Source: an uncultured Nitrosomonadales bacterium | GTDB taxonomy: Bacteria > Pseudomonadota > Gammaproteobacteria > Burkholderiales > Gallionellaceae | Assembly: GCA_903876685.1 (NCBI GenBank) | Contig: CAIRBC010000100.1 | Coordinates: 1-42,331, forward strand | Direction: 5' to 3' | Length of the DNA stretch: 42,331 bases | In this document: piece after piece, positions 18,539 to 27,996 of the stretch | How the letters are laid out: each line of letters begins with the position of its first letter | Position numbering within the stretch: the stretch's first letter is position 1 | Program-made: the position numbers and the translations under genes | Notes under the pieces: model-generated | What the model was told of the DNA's origin: nothing | The model's database searches: none | The model's input: only the letters and a program-made list of their open reading frames with translations

Positions 18539-18844
18539 CTAATGGGTGCAAAAAACCTCTCGCATCATCCCGATCAACTTCAAGGTACGTAAATCGTCAA
18601 TCCGGTAGTACACCCGGTTTGCATCCTTGCGCGTCGCCAGCACATGCTTGGCACGCAAAATCGCCAGATGTTGCGAAACATTGCTCTGCGAAGTGCCGAC
18701 TTGTTCCACAAGATCCTGCACATTGACTTCCTGATCCCCCAATACGCACAATATCTTCAGACGCAACGGATGCGCGATCGCCTTGATCGCCTGAGCGGCC
18801 TGCTGGATGTCTTCTTCCCTGTCTATCAATTTATTTACCATCAT
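18539..18844 (-). CDS. ArsR/SmtB family regulator, BigR/SqrR/YgaV-like with two Cys
   Basis: IKAIAHPLRLKILC, SQSNVSQHLA.LR, R..NRVYY and C-terminal EVFC. Start placed at the MM at 18844/18841. Confidence 0.88.
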   Translation of the reverse strand: MMVNKLIDREEDIQQAAQAIKAIAHPLRLKILCVLGDQEVNVQDLVEQVGTSQSNVSQHLAILRAKHVLATRKDANRVYYRIDDLRTLKLIGMMREVFCTH

Positions 18845-19006
18845 CTTAACCTGCCAAGTCACACAACACTTAATAACTGCCTCAGTGCCGAAATTTTTCA
18901 AGATTCATTGAAGCTAAAATACAATATACACAATGGTTGCATTTCTACAGCCAAAATCAGCTAAAATATAAATTCAAACAACCACAGCCAATTATATTCT
19001 ACATCA

Positions 19007-20536
19007 ATGAAACCTACCCCTGTTTTGCTGCTTATACTGGATGGCTACGGTTACCGCGAAGATAAAGACTTTAATGCGGTACTGGCGGCCAAAAAACCCA
19101 ATCTGGACGCGTTATGGCGTGCTTATCCGCACACCCTGATCAACGCTTCGGAGAAATTTGTCGGTCTGCCGACGGGACAGATGGGCAATTCCGAAGTTGG
19201 CCATCTCAACATTGGCGCAGGAAGGGTAGTGTATCAGGACTTGAGCCGCGTCGATGTCGCTATCGAGGAGGGTAGTTTCTATACCAACCCGGCTTTGAGC
19301 GAGGCTGTCACCCTAGCCAGACAAAATGACAGCGCGCTGCATATCATGGGTCTGCTATCCGCCGGGGGCGTACATAGCCACGAAAACCATATTTTTGCCA
19401 TGCTGGAAATGGCGGCCAAGGCCGGTTTGAAAAAAATATTTTTACACGCTTTTCTGGATGGTCGAGACACCCCCCCCAGAAGTGCAGGGTCGTCATTACT
19501 CGTGTTACAACAAAAATGTGATGCCCTCGGTGTAGGACAAATTGCCAGCGTGGTCGGTCGATTTTACGCAATGGATAGGGACAACCGCTGGGAAAGGGTT
19601 CAGCCCGCCTATGAATTGCTCACTCAAGGAGTGGCTGAGTTTAGCGCAAAAGATGCCTTATCCGCACTGGAACAGGCGTATGCACGCGACGAATCAGACG
19701 AATTTGTCAAGCCCACCGTTATTTTTCCTGCAGGCATGCAAACTAACGATGTGGTGATATTCATGAATTTTCGCGCAGACCGTGCCCGGGAAATCACCCG
19801 CGCGCTGACTGACGAAAATTTTAGCGGCTTCAAGCGCGCTTATTTCCCCAGACTCGCCAGTTTTGTTTCACTAAGCAGCTATGGTGAGGATTTTCAACTG
19901 CCTTGTGCCTATAGGGCAGAAGCCATCCACAATGGTTTCGGCGAATATTTATCCAGTTTGGGTCTGAATCAATTACGCATTGCGGAAACAGAAAAATATG
20001 CGCATGTCACCTATTTTTTCAATGGCGGCAGAGAACAACCCTATACCGGCGAAGACCGTATGCTCGTCCCCTCCCCTAAAGTGACGACTTATGACCTTAA
20101 ACCGGAAATGAGCGCACCTGAAGTGACCGACAAACTGGAAGCGGCAATCCAGAGCCGTCACTATGACGCAATTATCTGCAACTACGCCAACGGCGATATG
20201 GTGGGACATACCGGCAACCTGGACGCAGCCACCCGCGCCATCGAGGTACTGGATAACTGTGTGGGTCGCGTGGTCAAGGCGATGCAGGCCATCGGTGGTG
20301 AAGTTTTGATTACCGCTGATCACGGCAATGCCGAACAGATGCGAGACCTCGATACCGGACAGGCACATACGGCGCACACTTTAAATCCGGTGCCTTTGCT
20401 GTATATTGGGCACAAAGGCAAACTGTCCCAAGGGGGTTCGCTGCGCGATCTCGCCCCGAGTCTGCTGGCCATGATGGCGCTACCGCAACCGGCAGAAATG
20501 ACCGGACATAGTCTAATCGAGAGGACAGAAGACTGA
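19007..20536 (+). CDS. gpmI: 2,3-bisphosphoglycerate-independent phosphoglycerate mutase
   Basis: [47 protein letters not shown] and ADHGNAE motifs. Confidence 0.97.
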   Translation: MKPTPVLLLILDGYGYREDKDFNAVLAAKKPNLDALWRAYPHTLINASEKFVGLPTGQMGNSEVGHLNIGAGRVVYQDLSRVDVAIEEGSFYTNPALSEAVTLARQNDSALHIMGLLSAGGVHSHENHIFAMLEMAAKAGLKKIFLHAFLDGRDTPPRSAGSSLLVLQQKCDALGVGQIASVVGRFYAMDRDNRWERVQPAYELLTQGVAEFSAKDALSALEQAYARDESDEFVKPTVIFPAGMQTNDVVIFMNFRADRAREITRALTDENFSGFKRAYFPRLASFVSLSSYGEDFQLPCAYRAEAIHNGFGEYLSSLGLNQLRIAETEKYAHVTYFFNGGREQPYTGEDRMLVPSPKVTTYDLKPEMSAPEVTDKLEAAIQSRHYDAIICNYANGDMVGHTGNLDAATRAIEVLDNCVGRVVKAMQAIGGEVLITADHGNAEQMRDLDTGQAHTAHTLNPVPLLYIGHKGKLSQGGSLRDLAPSLLAMMALPQPAEMTGHSLIERTED

Positions 20537-20550
20537 AGACTGAGGACAGA
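20523..20550 (+). repeat. Four heptamers of the same family at the gpmI/envC junction
   Basis: GGACAGA AGACTGA AGACTGA GGACAGA. It supplies the gpmI TGA and abuts the envC GTG. Confidence 0.7.
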
Positions 20551-21726
20551 GTGTTGTGGCGCCAGTTCTTTTTTATAGGTACTGTTTTTTGCCTGCTGTC
20601 TTGCTGTAATTTTGCTTATGCCGACAAACAGGAAGAGCTGAAAAACCTGCGTAAACGCATCATCGCAATGCAGCATGAGATGGACAAGACCAGCGAATCA
20701 AAATCTGGCGCAGCCGATGCGTTGCGTGAATCGGAACAGGCCATCAGCGATAAAAACCGCAAACTTGCAGAACTGGCCAAACAACTATCCAATGCCGATA
20801 AAAATCTTGATCAACTTCATGCACAGGAACATCGACTCAGCGAAAAAATGGCTGAACAACGATTACAGCTGGGCAAATTGCTCTACCAGCAATACCGTAG
20901 CGGCAAGCAGGAGTATTTAAAATTGCTACTCAACAGTCACGACCCCAATCAGGCATTCCGCGATTTGCAGTACTTTAAATATATTGCAAGAAGCCGTGCC
21001 GCCTGGCTCAGCGCCTTGCATGATGATTATGACGCACTGAAGGCCGTCAGTGCAGCTGCACAAGTACAACATACCGAACTGAATTCGCTGCGCCTGGAAC
21101 AAGCTACAGAAAAGAAAGCCTTGTTAAAAGAACAAGCTGCCAAACAAAAGCTGTTGGGCAGCATTTCCATGCAATTGCGTATGCAACGTCGCGAGATCAA
21201 CCGGTTGCAACACAACGAGAACCATTTGGCTCTATTGATCGAAAAGCTGACGAAAATACTCGCGGAGCCTAAATCAAAATCACTATTCCACAATGACAAC
21301 CTGCCTGACAACAGTTTTGATGGCAGTCCCTTCGAGCAACTCAAAGGACGACTTGCCTTACCGGTTAAAGGCGAGGTTAGCAACCAATTCGGCACACCCA
21401 GACCGGACAGTACCGTGCTTTGGAAGGGCATATTCCTGAAAACTTCAACTGGAATTGCCGTTAAAGTAGTGGCGGCCGGGCGTGTGGTATTCTCTGACTG
21501 GCTGCGCGGCTTCGGCAACCTGCTGATCGTCGATCACGGCAAGGGTTATATGAGCCTGTATGGCAACAATGAGACACTTTATAAACAAGTGGGCGATGAA
21601 CTTCATGGCGGCGATATCATCGCTTCTGTCGGTAACAGCGGCGGAAATGAAGAATCCGGTTTATACTTTGAGCTGCGGCATGAAAGCCTTCCGCTCAATC
21701 CGATGAAATGGCTGGCTAAAAAATAA
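20551..21726 (+). CDS. envC: Murein hydrolase activator EnvC (coiled coil + M23 domain)
   Basis: Signal peptide, long coiled coil and a degenerate M23 domain (WKGI, GFGNLLIVDHG..YMSLYG.N, LYFELR). Between gpmI and ctpA. Confidence 0.9.
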   Translation: MLWRQFFFIGTVFCLLSCCNFAYADKQEELKNLRKRIIAMQHEMDKTSESKSGAADALRESEQAISDKNRKLAELAKQLSNADKNLDQLHAQEHRLSEKMAEQRLQLGKLLYQQYRSGKQEYLKLLLNSHDPNQAFRDLQYFKYIARSRAAWLSALHDDYDALKAVSAAAQVQHTELNSLRLEQATEKKALLKEQAAKQKLLGSISMQLRMQRREINRLQHNENHLALLIEKLTKILAEPKSKSLFHNDNLPDNSFDGSPFEQLKGRLALPVKGEVSNQFGTPRPDSTVLWKGIFLKTSTGIAVKVVAAGRVVFSDWLRGFGNLLIVDHGKGYMSLYGNNETLYKQVGDELHGGDIIASVGNSGGNEESGLYFELRHESLPLNPMKWLAKK

Positions 21727-21740
21727 CATTGAGGAAATCT

Positions 21741-23120
21741 ATGCGTTTTCTGGAAAAAACAGGTTTAGTAAGTTTGGGACTCATTGCTGGCGTTTCGATC
21801 AGCCTGCATTTCGCTGCGGTTGCGGAAAAGGAAGCGTTAGTCACTTCCTTGCCCGTTGAAGAGTTGCGTGCCTTCACTGAAGTGTTTGGCCGCATCAAAA
21901 GCGACTATGTAGAACCCGTCACCGACAAAAAACTCATCACCGAAGCGATAAATGGCATGTTAAGCGGTCTGGATCCGCATTCTGCCTATCTGGACATGGA
22001 AGCCTTCAAGGAACTGCAGGTTGGCACGCAAGGTGAATTCGGCGGACTCGGCATTGAAGTCGGCATGGAAGACGGCCTGGTAAAAGTAGTCTCGCCTATA
22101 GAAGACTCCCCTGCTTTTATAGCCGGTATCAAGAGCGGCGACCTGATCATCAAACTGGATGACACACTCGTCAAAGGACTGACGCTCAATGAGGCGGTCA
22201 AACGCATGCGCGGAAAACCAGGCAGCAAAATTGTTTTGACCGTAGTCCGCAAGGAGGAAGCTAAACCATTGACGATCACGCTGCTACGTGCCGTGATCAA
22301 GGTACAAAGCGTTAAATCCAAGCTACTGGAACCGGGTTATGGTTTCGTCCGCGTGACGCAATTCCAGGAACATACCGGAGAAAACCTCGCCACAGCACTG
22401 GAGGGTCTGATCAAACAGGGCGCACTCAAAGGGATGGTGCTGGACTTGCGCAATGATCCGGGCGGACTGTTAACCGGTGCAGTCGGTGTGTCGGCTGCAT
22501 TTCTGGCTCATGACGCACTGGTCGTCTATACCGAAGGGCGCACCGAAGACGCAAAAATGCGTCTAACCGCCAGTCCGGAAAACTACCTGCGTGGCAACGG
22601 CAAGGTCGATTACATCAAGAATCTACCAGAATCCGTCAAAAGCATACCGCTGGTGGTGCTGGTAAACGGTGGCTCAGCCTCAGCATCCGAAATTGTGGCC
22701 GGCGCATTGCAAGATCACAAACGTGCGGTCATCATGGGCACACAGACTTTCGGGAAAGGATCGGTGCAAACCGTATTACCACTGGGTAACAATACCGCCA
22801 TCAAACTGACTACAGCGCGATATTACACCCCCGGCGGACGATCCATTCAGGCTAAAGGGATTGTGCCTGATATTCTGGTGGAAGATCCTGCCACTCCCTC
22901 GCAAGAATTCCATATGCGTGAAGCAGACCTGAACAAACACCTGGTCAATGATAAATCAGCTGAAGAAAAGCCGGATACCTCCGCCCCACACCCCAAGGGG
23001 GATACCTCAAAAGTTGATCCGGCAAAATCCGCCCCCGCTGAATTTGGCACCAAAAATGATTATCAGCTCAATCAGGCGTTAAACCTGCTAAAAGGTTTAC
23101 AAATATTACACGGCAAATGA
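21741..23120 (+). CDS. ctpA: Carboxy-terminal processing protease (S41 family)
   Basis: LDPHS.Y, PDZ motif GGLGIEV, DLRNDPGG, SASASEIVAGALQD and TFGKGSVQ. ATG at 21741 (TTG 21729 alternative). Confidence 0.95.
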   Translation: MRFLEKTGLVSLGLIAGVSISLHFAAVAEKEALVTSLPVEELRAFTEVFGRIKSDYVEPVTDKKLITEAINGMLSGLDPHSAYLDMEAFKELQVGTQGEFGGLGIEVGMEDGLVKVVSPIEDSPAFIAGIKSGDLIIKLDDTLVKGLTLNEAVKRMRGKPGSKIVLTVVRKEEAKPLTITLLRAVIKVQSVKSKLLEPGYGFVRVTQFQEHTGENLATALEGLIKQGALKGMVLDLRNDPGGLLTGAVGVSAAFLAHDALVVYTEGRTEDAKMRLTASPENYLRGNGKVDYIKNLPESVKSIPLVVLVNGGSASASEIVAGALQDHKRAVIMGTQTFGKGSVQTVLPLGNNTAIKLTTARYYTPGGRSIQAKGIVPDILVEDPATPSQEFHMREADLNKHLVNDKSAEEKPDTSAPHPKGDTSKVDPAKSAPAEFGTKNDYQLNQALNLLKGLQILHGK

Positions 23121-23141
23121 TTTTCTGGATCCAATGCAAAA

Positions 23142-23180
23142 GTCGGGTTACGGCGCAAAAAACCGCGCCCAACCAGACCT
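23142..23180 (+). repeat. REP-like palindrome, family B copy 1
   Basis: GTCGGGTTACGGCGCAAAAAACCGCGCCCAACCAGACCT. Shares TCGGGTTACGGCGCAAAAA with the copies at 37455 and 41279. Confidence 0.75.
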
Positions 23181-23274
23181 TCAGATAATTACATATAATT
23201 AAGTAGCTAAATACTTTTTCTTGTAGACTATTCAATAGTTAAGCGAACAATCACCCTCAAAAATATTTTCACTC

Positions 23275-23976
23275 ATGTTAACCATTAATAGCATATTTGA
23301 CAAAGTTGTGTGCGTAAACCTGGTTGACGCTAACAATAAAAAAGCGGATATGATCAGGAGGTTTAAAGAGCAGCAGATTGATGCTGAATTTTATACAGCG
23401 ACTAAATTCGGCTTTGCCAATCGTATCGTCACTGCATTAAATCATACAAAATTAGGTAGATTTAATGAAGGCATGGTAAACGAATTTGGTGCGACGATTT
23501 CCCACTATTCCGTGATTAAAACAGCCTTCGAACAAGGAATCAATCGACTCTTTGTGTTTGAGGATGATGCACGCTTTCGCAAAGATTTTGCAGCCGTGTT
23601 TAATACCTACCTGTCAAACATTCCCGAAGACTGGAATATGATATTGGGTTATTCTTATATGCAGCACGCAATAACTCCCGATATTCGAATTAACCCGTAT
23701 TGGATTAAGTCTGCCAAATCATGGAGTCTGCTTGCCTATGGCATGGATAGAACTGCGATGGAGCACTACATTAAAAGTCAAGATAGCAGGTGCTGCATAG
23801 CGGATTCTATCAGTTATTTAATGACTGCTGAAAATGGCATTCATTGCTATGTGGCCACTCCAAGTTTATTTATACCGGATTGTACGACCGGCAGCAGTAT
23901 CCGAAGCATCATGAACTATCAGATAGTACCGACAACGACTAATTCAGGATTTTCCGAAGCAAACTATGAAAAATAA
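23275..23976 (+). CDS. Glycosyltransferase family 25-like protein, low GC
   Basis: VVCVNL, GATISHY, LFVFEDDA and W.LLAY pattern typical of GT25. Three sampled 60-nt lines are 35-37% GC. Confidence 0.7.
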   Translation: MLTINSIFDKVVCVNLVDANNKKADMIRRFKEQQIDAEFYTATKFGFANRIVTALNHTKLGRFNEGMVNEFGATISHYSVIKTAFEQGINRLFVFEDDARFRKDFAAVFNTYLSNIPEDWNMILGYSYMQHAITPDIRINPYWIKSAKSWSLLAYGMDRTAMEHYIKSQDSRCCIADSISYLMTAENGIHCYVATPSLFIPDCTTGSSIRSIMNYQIVPTTTNSGFSEANYEK

Positions 23977-24138
23977 TTCCTGTATCCTGTGCAACAACAA
24001 AATCGGGCTTGTGCCAGTGCTTGAAATTTCAATACTTGCAAGGGAATAGCCCTCATGGCCGTCAATCAATGTGATACCGGCAGCAATGCCTATCTCCGAT
24101 GCGCTATAATCGGGGATTAAATCACCTGCGACTAATCT

Positions 24139-25243
24139 ATGGAAGCCGAACAACTTAACTCACTCTCAAATCAGCTACAAGACTTGAATCTGCGTAGCGC
24201 CGAATTGCGGAGGTATCTTTGACTATGATATCAAACAGGAACGTCTGACCGAAGTTTCTGAACTCGCCGAAGATCCCGAGATCTGGCAGGATGCCAAGCG
24301 CGCACAAGAACTGGGACGCGAGCGCAAAATGCTGGAGGGCGTGGTACTCGGTCTGAAAGAAATTCAGCTCAATCTGTCCGATGCCGCTGAACTGTTTGAA
24401 ATGGCAAAAGCGGAAAATGATGACGAGAGCCTACAAGGCACGGCGGCTGATATTCAAGATATAGAAAAACGCATTGCCGCGATGGAATTCCGCCGTATGT
24501 TCGCCCACCCGATGGATCAGAACAATTGCTTCCTCGACATTCAATCCGGTTCCGGCGGCACTGAAGCTCAGGATTGGGCTGCGATGCTGCTGCGTATGTA
24601 TTTGCGCTACTGCGAACGTAAAGGCTTCCAGGTAGAAGTGCTGGAGCAGTCCGATGGCGAAGTCGCCGGCATCAAAGGGGCATCACTCAAGGTGATCGGC
24701 GACTACGCCTATGGCCATCTGCGCACCGAGACCGGCGTACACCGGTTAGTGCGCAAATCGCCTTTCGACTCGGGAAACCGCCGTCACACTTCATTTTCCA
24801 GCGTATTCGCCTACCCGGAAGTAGACGATTCCATCGAGGTTGATATCAACCCGGCCGATCTGCGGGTGGATACTTATCGCGCCTCTGGTGCCGGTGGACA
24901 ACACATTAACAAGACCGACTCGGCGGTGCGCATCACCCACGTTCCCACTAATATCGTGGTGCAATGCCAATCTGACCGCTCGCAACACCGGAACCGTGCC
25001 GAAGCCATGGCGATGCTCAAATCACGCCTGTACGAAGCCGAACTGCGTAAACGCAACGCGGAAAAACAAGCGATGGAAGATGGCAAGACCGACATCGGCT
25101 GGGGACACCAGATCCGCTCCTATGTACTGGATCAGTCACGCATCAAGGATCTGCGCACCAATTACGAAGTTGGCAACACCCAAGCCGTGCTGGACGGCGA
25201 TCTGGATGATTTCATTTCTGCAAGTCTGAAACAGGGCGTTTAA
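24139..25243 (+). CDS. prfB: Peptide chain release factor 2 with programmed +1 frameshift
   Basis: ATG 24139 reads MEAEQLNS...ELRRYL, then CTT-TGA-C (24217-24223) preceded by SD-like GGAGG. The +1 frame contains SPF and GGQ motifs. Confidence 0.97.
24209..24223 (+). promoter_or_regulatory. prfB +1 frameshift cassette
   Basis: GGAGGTATCTTTGAC, i.e. an internal SD, the slippery CTT-T and an in-frame TGA. Confidence 0.95.
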
Positions 25244-25322
25244 GGTTTGCAATAATTCCCTGTAGTCTAGCGAGGTATTTTCCTGCGCTGGCGCACATTA
25301 ATAACCCGCTCCCGCAAAAAAA

Positions 25323-25420
25323 GGGTGGATAGCTTCATCAGCTTATCCACCCTTCCTACATCTAAATTAGCTTATCCAAGCCGGCAAAACACCGGGTACG
25401 CTGCAACTGCAGCGCACCCG
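25323..25420. repeat. Two REP-like/terminator hairpins between convergent prfB and the cytochrome gene
   Basis: GGGTGGATA...TATCCACCC (25323-25351) followed by CCTAC, and CGGGTACGCTGCA-AC-TGCAGCGCACCCG (25393-25420). Confidence 0.5.
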
Positions 25421-25425
25421 CCAGT

Positions 25426-27411
25426 TTATACTGAACCGCCGAAGAACCCGATACCCACCAGTACCAGCAAGCTCAGGCCGAAGGCTATCAGCACCAGACC
25501 CAGTATCTTGGAGTTACGGGTCATTTGCGCTGCAGGCGCATCCACCAGATATTTCTCCAGCTCACCCGAATCCACCAGACGCTGGTAATACGCCGGGTGA
25601 TCCTGACGGAATTCCTCCAGTGACTGTGTACCGGTGAACATCACCACATCAGGCGGTGGCAACTTGTCAGGCCGGAAGTGGTTGTTGAAGAAATGCACCG
25701 TGAACAGGAATACCGCCGCCAGGAAGGCTTCCTCACCATGCACCAGCGTACCCACGTTAAACACCCAACCCGGCAGATAGGTCGCCGTGACATGCGGGAA
25801 CGCCAGCATCAAGCCGCTCCAACCAATGATATTCACGCCCCAGAACACTGCCCAGTAATCGAACTTCTCGAAATAAGTCCAGCGGTCAAAGCGCGGCTTG
25901 TCTCCCTTGCCCAGGAACCACTTGAACATACCCCAACAATCCTTGAAGTCCTTCCAGTTTGGCAGGAAAGAGTCCGGGCCGAACCAGCGGAAATTCTTGT
26001 TACGCAATATGCCCTGCATCACATACACGAAGTGAATCAGGAATATGCTTACAAAGAGGCCGGCACAAATACGGTGTATCAGACCGACCATTCTCGGCCC
26101 GCCTAGCGTTTGCGCAACCACCGGTGCCCAGGAACTCGAGGCATACAGTGCAGTCGTGCCGGTCAGCACCAGCGTCATGGTAACCAGTGCGAAGCTCAAG
26201 TGAGCCAGACGCCAACCCCAGGGGAAGCGCTGGAAGTGCTTCTCATGGTCAAGATCCATCCCCTTCAGGTTGATATGATGTGCTGGCTTGCCCGCCTTGC
26301 GATCCTGCCATTCACGGTAATACCACAAGCCTGAATGTGACCAGAAGAACATAAACACAAAAATCAGCAATCCGCCCATAAACTTGGTGGCGATGAACAT
26401 CTGTGGATACTTCTCGAAATTATGACTATTGGCGTGTGGACCGAAAGAGGCAAAACCAGGGGTCGCATCGTGCATACCCTGCTTCTTGTCGTTATGACAT
26501 TTCGAGCAGGTTTTCATCCTGTTCGTAGAGAAAACCTTGGATTTCGGGTTATCCACTGCCAGGATACCGTGACTACCATGACAATCCACGCAGCGCGCCG
26601 TATAGGTATAACCCAGACGATTCACCTGACCATGATAGGTATCGGTATAGCTTTTCAGTTCTTCCTTGTGACAACCCCCGCAGGCATTCACATTCGCCAG
26701 CTTGAAGTTATCCGAGGAAGTATTACTGATGCTGTGCGCCGTATGGCAGTCAGCGCAATCTGCCGCCTTGGAATTACCCTTGTCGAGCAATTCCTCTCCA
26801 TGCACGGAAGCCTGATAGCTCATATATTGCTCTTCGTGGCATTTCTCGCCGCAAGTGGCGGGAATTTCCTTGTGCCAGGCGGTGCGTTTGGCTGAACCCG
26901 GCGGGGGTACATGAAATTCATGTGAGCTGTGGCAATCTTCACAATAGGCTTTAGGATGCGAAGGATTGTCCTTGTCCGGACGTGCGTGGAACGAGTTCTT
27001 GTAGGCGGCTATATTCTTGACTACCAAACCAAGCCGGGTCTTTTCATTGGTCAGCTTGTCTTTTTGAACTGTATCCCATAGCGCTTCGTGGCAGGTGACA
27101 CAGTTGGGTTTTGCAACCGCCGCATTTATCTTGTGATGGGCGACCGCATCGGTAATTTCCTTGTGGCAGTCGGTGCACTGCATATCGCCGTGTATGCTTT
27201 TTGCGTACTTGATGGGGTCTACAGGCGTTAATGTCCGCTTCTCGCCTTCTTTGACCGAAACTTCCAACTTTTCTTTCTTGCCATCATGGCAAGTATTACA
27301 AGTAGCATTGTCCAGCTTTGCAGTCTCTGCACTAGCCTGAGACTGCCAGATCAGCGAAAGACCTACTATGAGCAGGGACATGAGTGTGACAGGAATTTTT
27401 TTCAGGTTCAT
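25426..27411 (-). CDS. Multiheme cytochrome c / di-heme cytochrome b fusion, CbcL/MtrH/MtoC-like inner-membrane quinone oxidoreductase
   Basis: Signal peptide (..SQASA|E), 8 CxxCH motifs plus one CxxxCH (CGEKCH), and a C-terminal HydC/FdnI-type domain of about 6 TMs with His in RLAH, LIHR, LVHGEEA and TVHF, plus EKFDYWAVFWG. Confidence 0.85.
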   Translation of the reverse strand: MNLKKIPVTLMSLLIVGLSLIWQSQASAETAKLDNATCNTCHDGKKEKLEVSVKEGEKRTLTPVDPIKYAKSIHGDMQCTDCHKEITDAVAHHKINAAVAKPNCVTCHEALWDTVQKDKLTNEKTRLGLVVKNIAAYKNSFHARPDKDNPSHPKAYCEDCHSSHEFHVPPPGSAKRTAWHKEIPATCGEKCHEEQYMSYQASVHGEELLDKGNSKAADCADCHTAHSISNTSSDNFKLANVNACGGCHKEELKSYTDTYHGQVNRLGYTYTARCVDCHGSHGILAVDNPKSKVFSTNRMKTCSKCHNDKKQGMHDATPGFASFGPHANSHNFEKYPQMFIATKFMGGLLIFVFMFFWSHSGLWYYREWQDRKAGKPAHHINLKGMDLDHEKHFQRFPWGWRLAHLSFALVTMTLVLTGTTALYASSSWAPVVAQTLGGPRMVGLIHRICAGLFVSIFLIHFVYVMQGILRNKNFRWFGPDSFLPNWKDFKDCWGMFKWFLGKGDKPRFDRWTYFEKFDYWAVFWGVNIIGWSGLMLAFPHVTATYLPGWVFNVGTLVHGEEAFLAAVFLFTVHFFNNHFRPDKLPPPDVVMFTGTQSLEEFRQDHPAYYQRLVDSGELEKYLVDAPAAQMTRNSKILGLVLIAFGLSLLVLVGIGFFGGSV

Positions 27412-27450
27412 GATGTTTGATTTGATTTGCAATAATTTCAGGAGGAACTG

Positions 27451-27470
27451 GGGGTCGCGAGTGCGACCCC
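27451..27470. other. Intergenic hairpin between the monoheme and multiheme genes
   Basis: Perfect 8-bp stem GGGGTCGC-GAGT-GCGACCCC with no U-tract on the minus strand. Confidence 0.5.
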
Positions 27471-27530
27471 TAAACCTTCACGTTAAATTACACCACAAAT
27501 TACACGACAGGTGCAAAGCCGGCTTGATAC

Positions 27531-27881
27531 TTAGTTCGAAAGAATCCAGTGCACCAGGTTCTTGATTTGTGCTTCGTCCTTGGTTTCAATGATTTTGTGA
27601 TCTTCCATCGTGCCATCTTCCAGCTTGACCTTCGGTCCGGAGGTGATGTGCTTGATCAGTTTGGCTTCCGCATCAGCCTTGCCCTTGTACTTTTCGGAAA
27701 TCTTCTTGTAGGAAGGCCCCTTCTTGGTCTTGTCCAGCGTATGGCACTTGAAACATTCGTTATCTTTTGTCAGCGCTTGCGCTGCTGCAGCATCCACTGT
27801 GGCAGCGATTGCATTGGGGGTAGCCAGGAACAAGACTGCGCCTGAAAGACCGCCCGCGATTAGAGATATTGCTTTAAACAT
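27531..27881 (-). CDS. mtoD: Periplasmic monoheme cytochrome c, MtoD-like
   Basis: Signal peptide, CFKCH, GPSYKK..EKY.GKADAEAKLI.H.TSG...DG..EDH and KNLV.WILS. Matches my recollection of Sideroxydans MtoD, including the distal His. Confidence 0.75.
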   Translation of the reverse strand: MFKAISLIAGGLSGAVLFLATPNAIAATVDAAAAQALTKDNECFKCHTLDKTKKGPSYKKISEKYKGKADAEAKLIKHITSGPKVKLEDGTMEDHKIIETKDEAQIKNLVHWILSN

Positions 27882-27903
27882 TTTTATTTCCTTTCTACTG
27901 ATA

Positions 27904-27917
27904 TTGATTCACATTAA
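27904..27917. promoter_or_regulatory. FNR/ANR-like box
   Basis: TTGAT-TCAC-ATTAA, a 9/10 match to TTGAT-N4-ATCAA, lying 23-36 bp upstream of the 27881 start. Confidence 0.4.
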
Positions 27918-27996
27918 TAATATACTGCACTTACTGAAACAATTACCTGATTGGCTTTTGTTTCACCCCTACACTGACGGTTCAACAAGCGACAAT

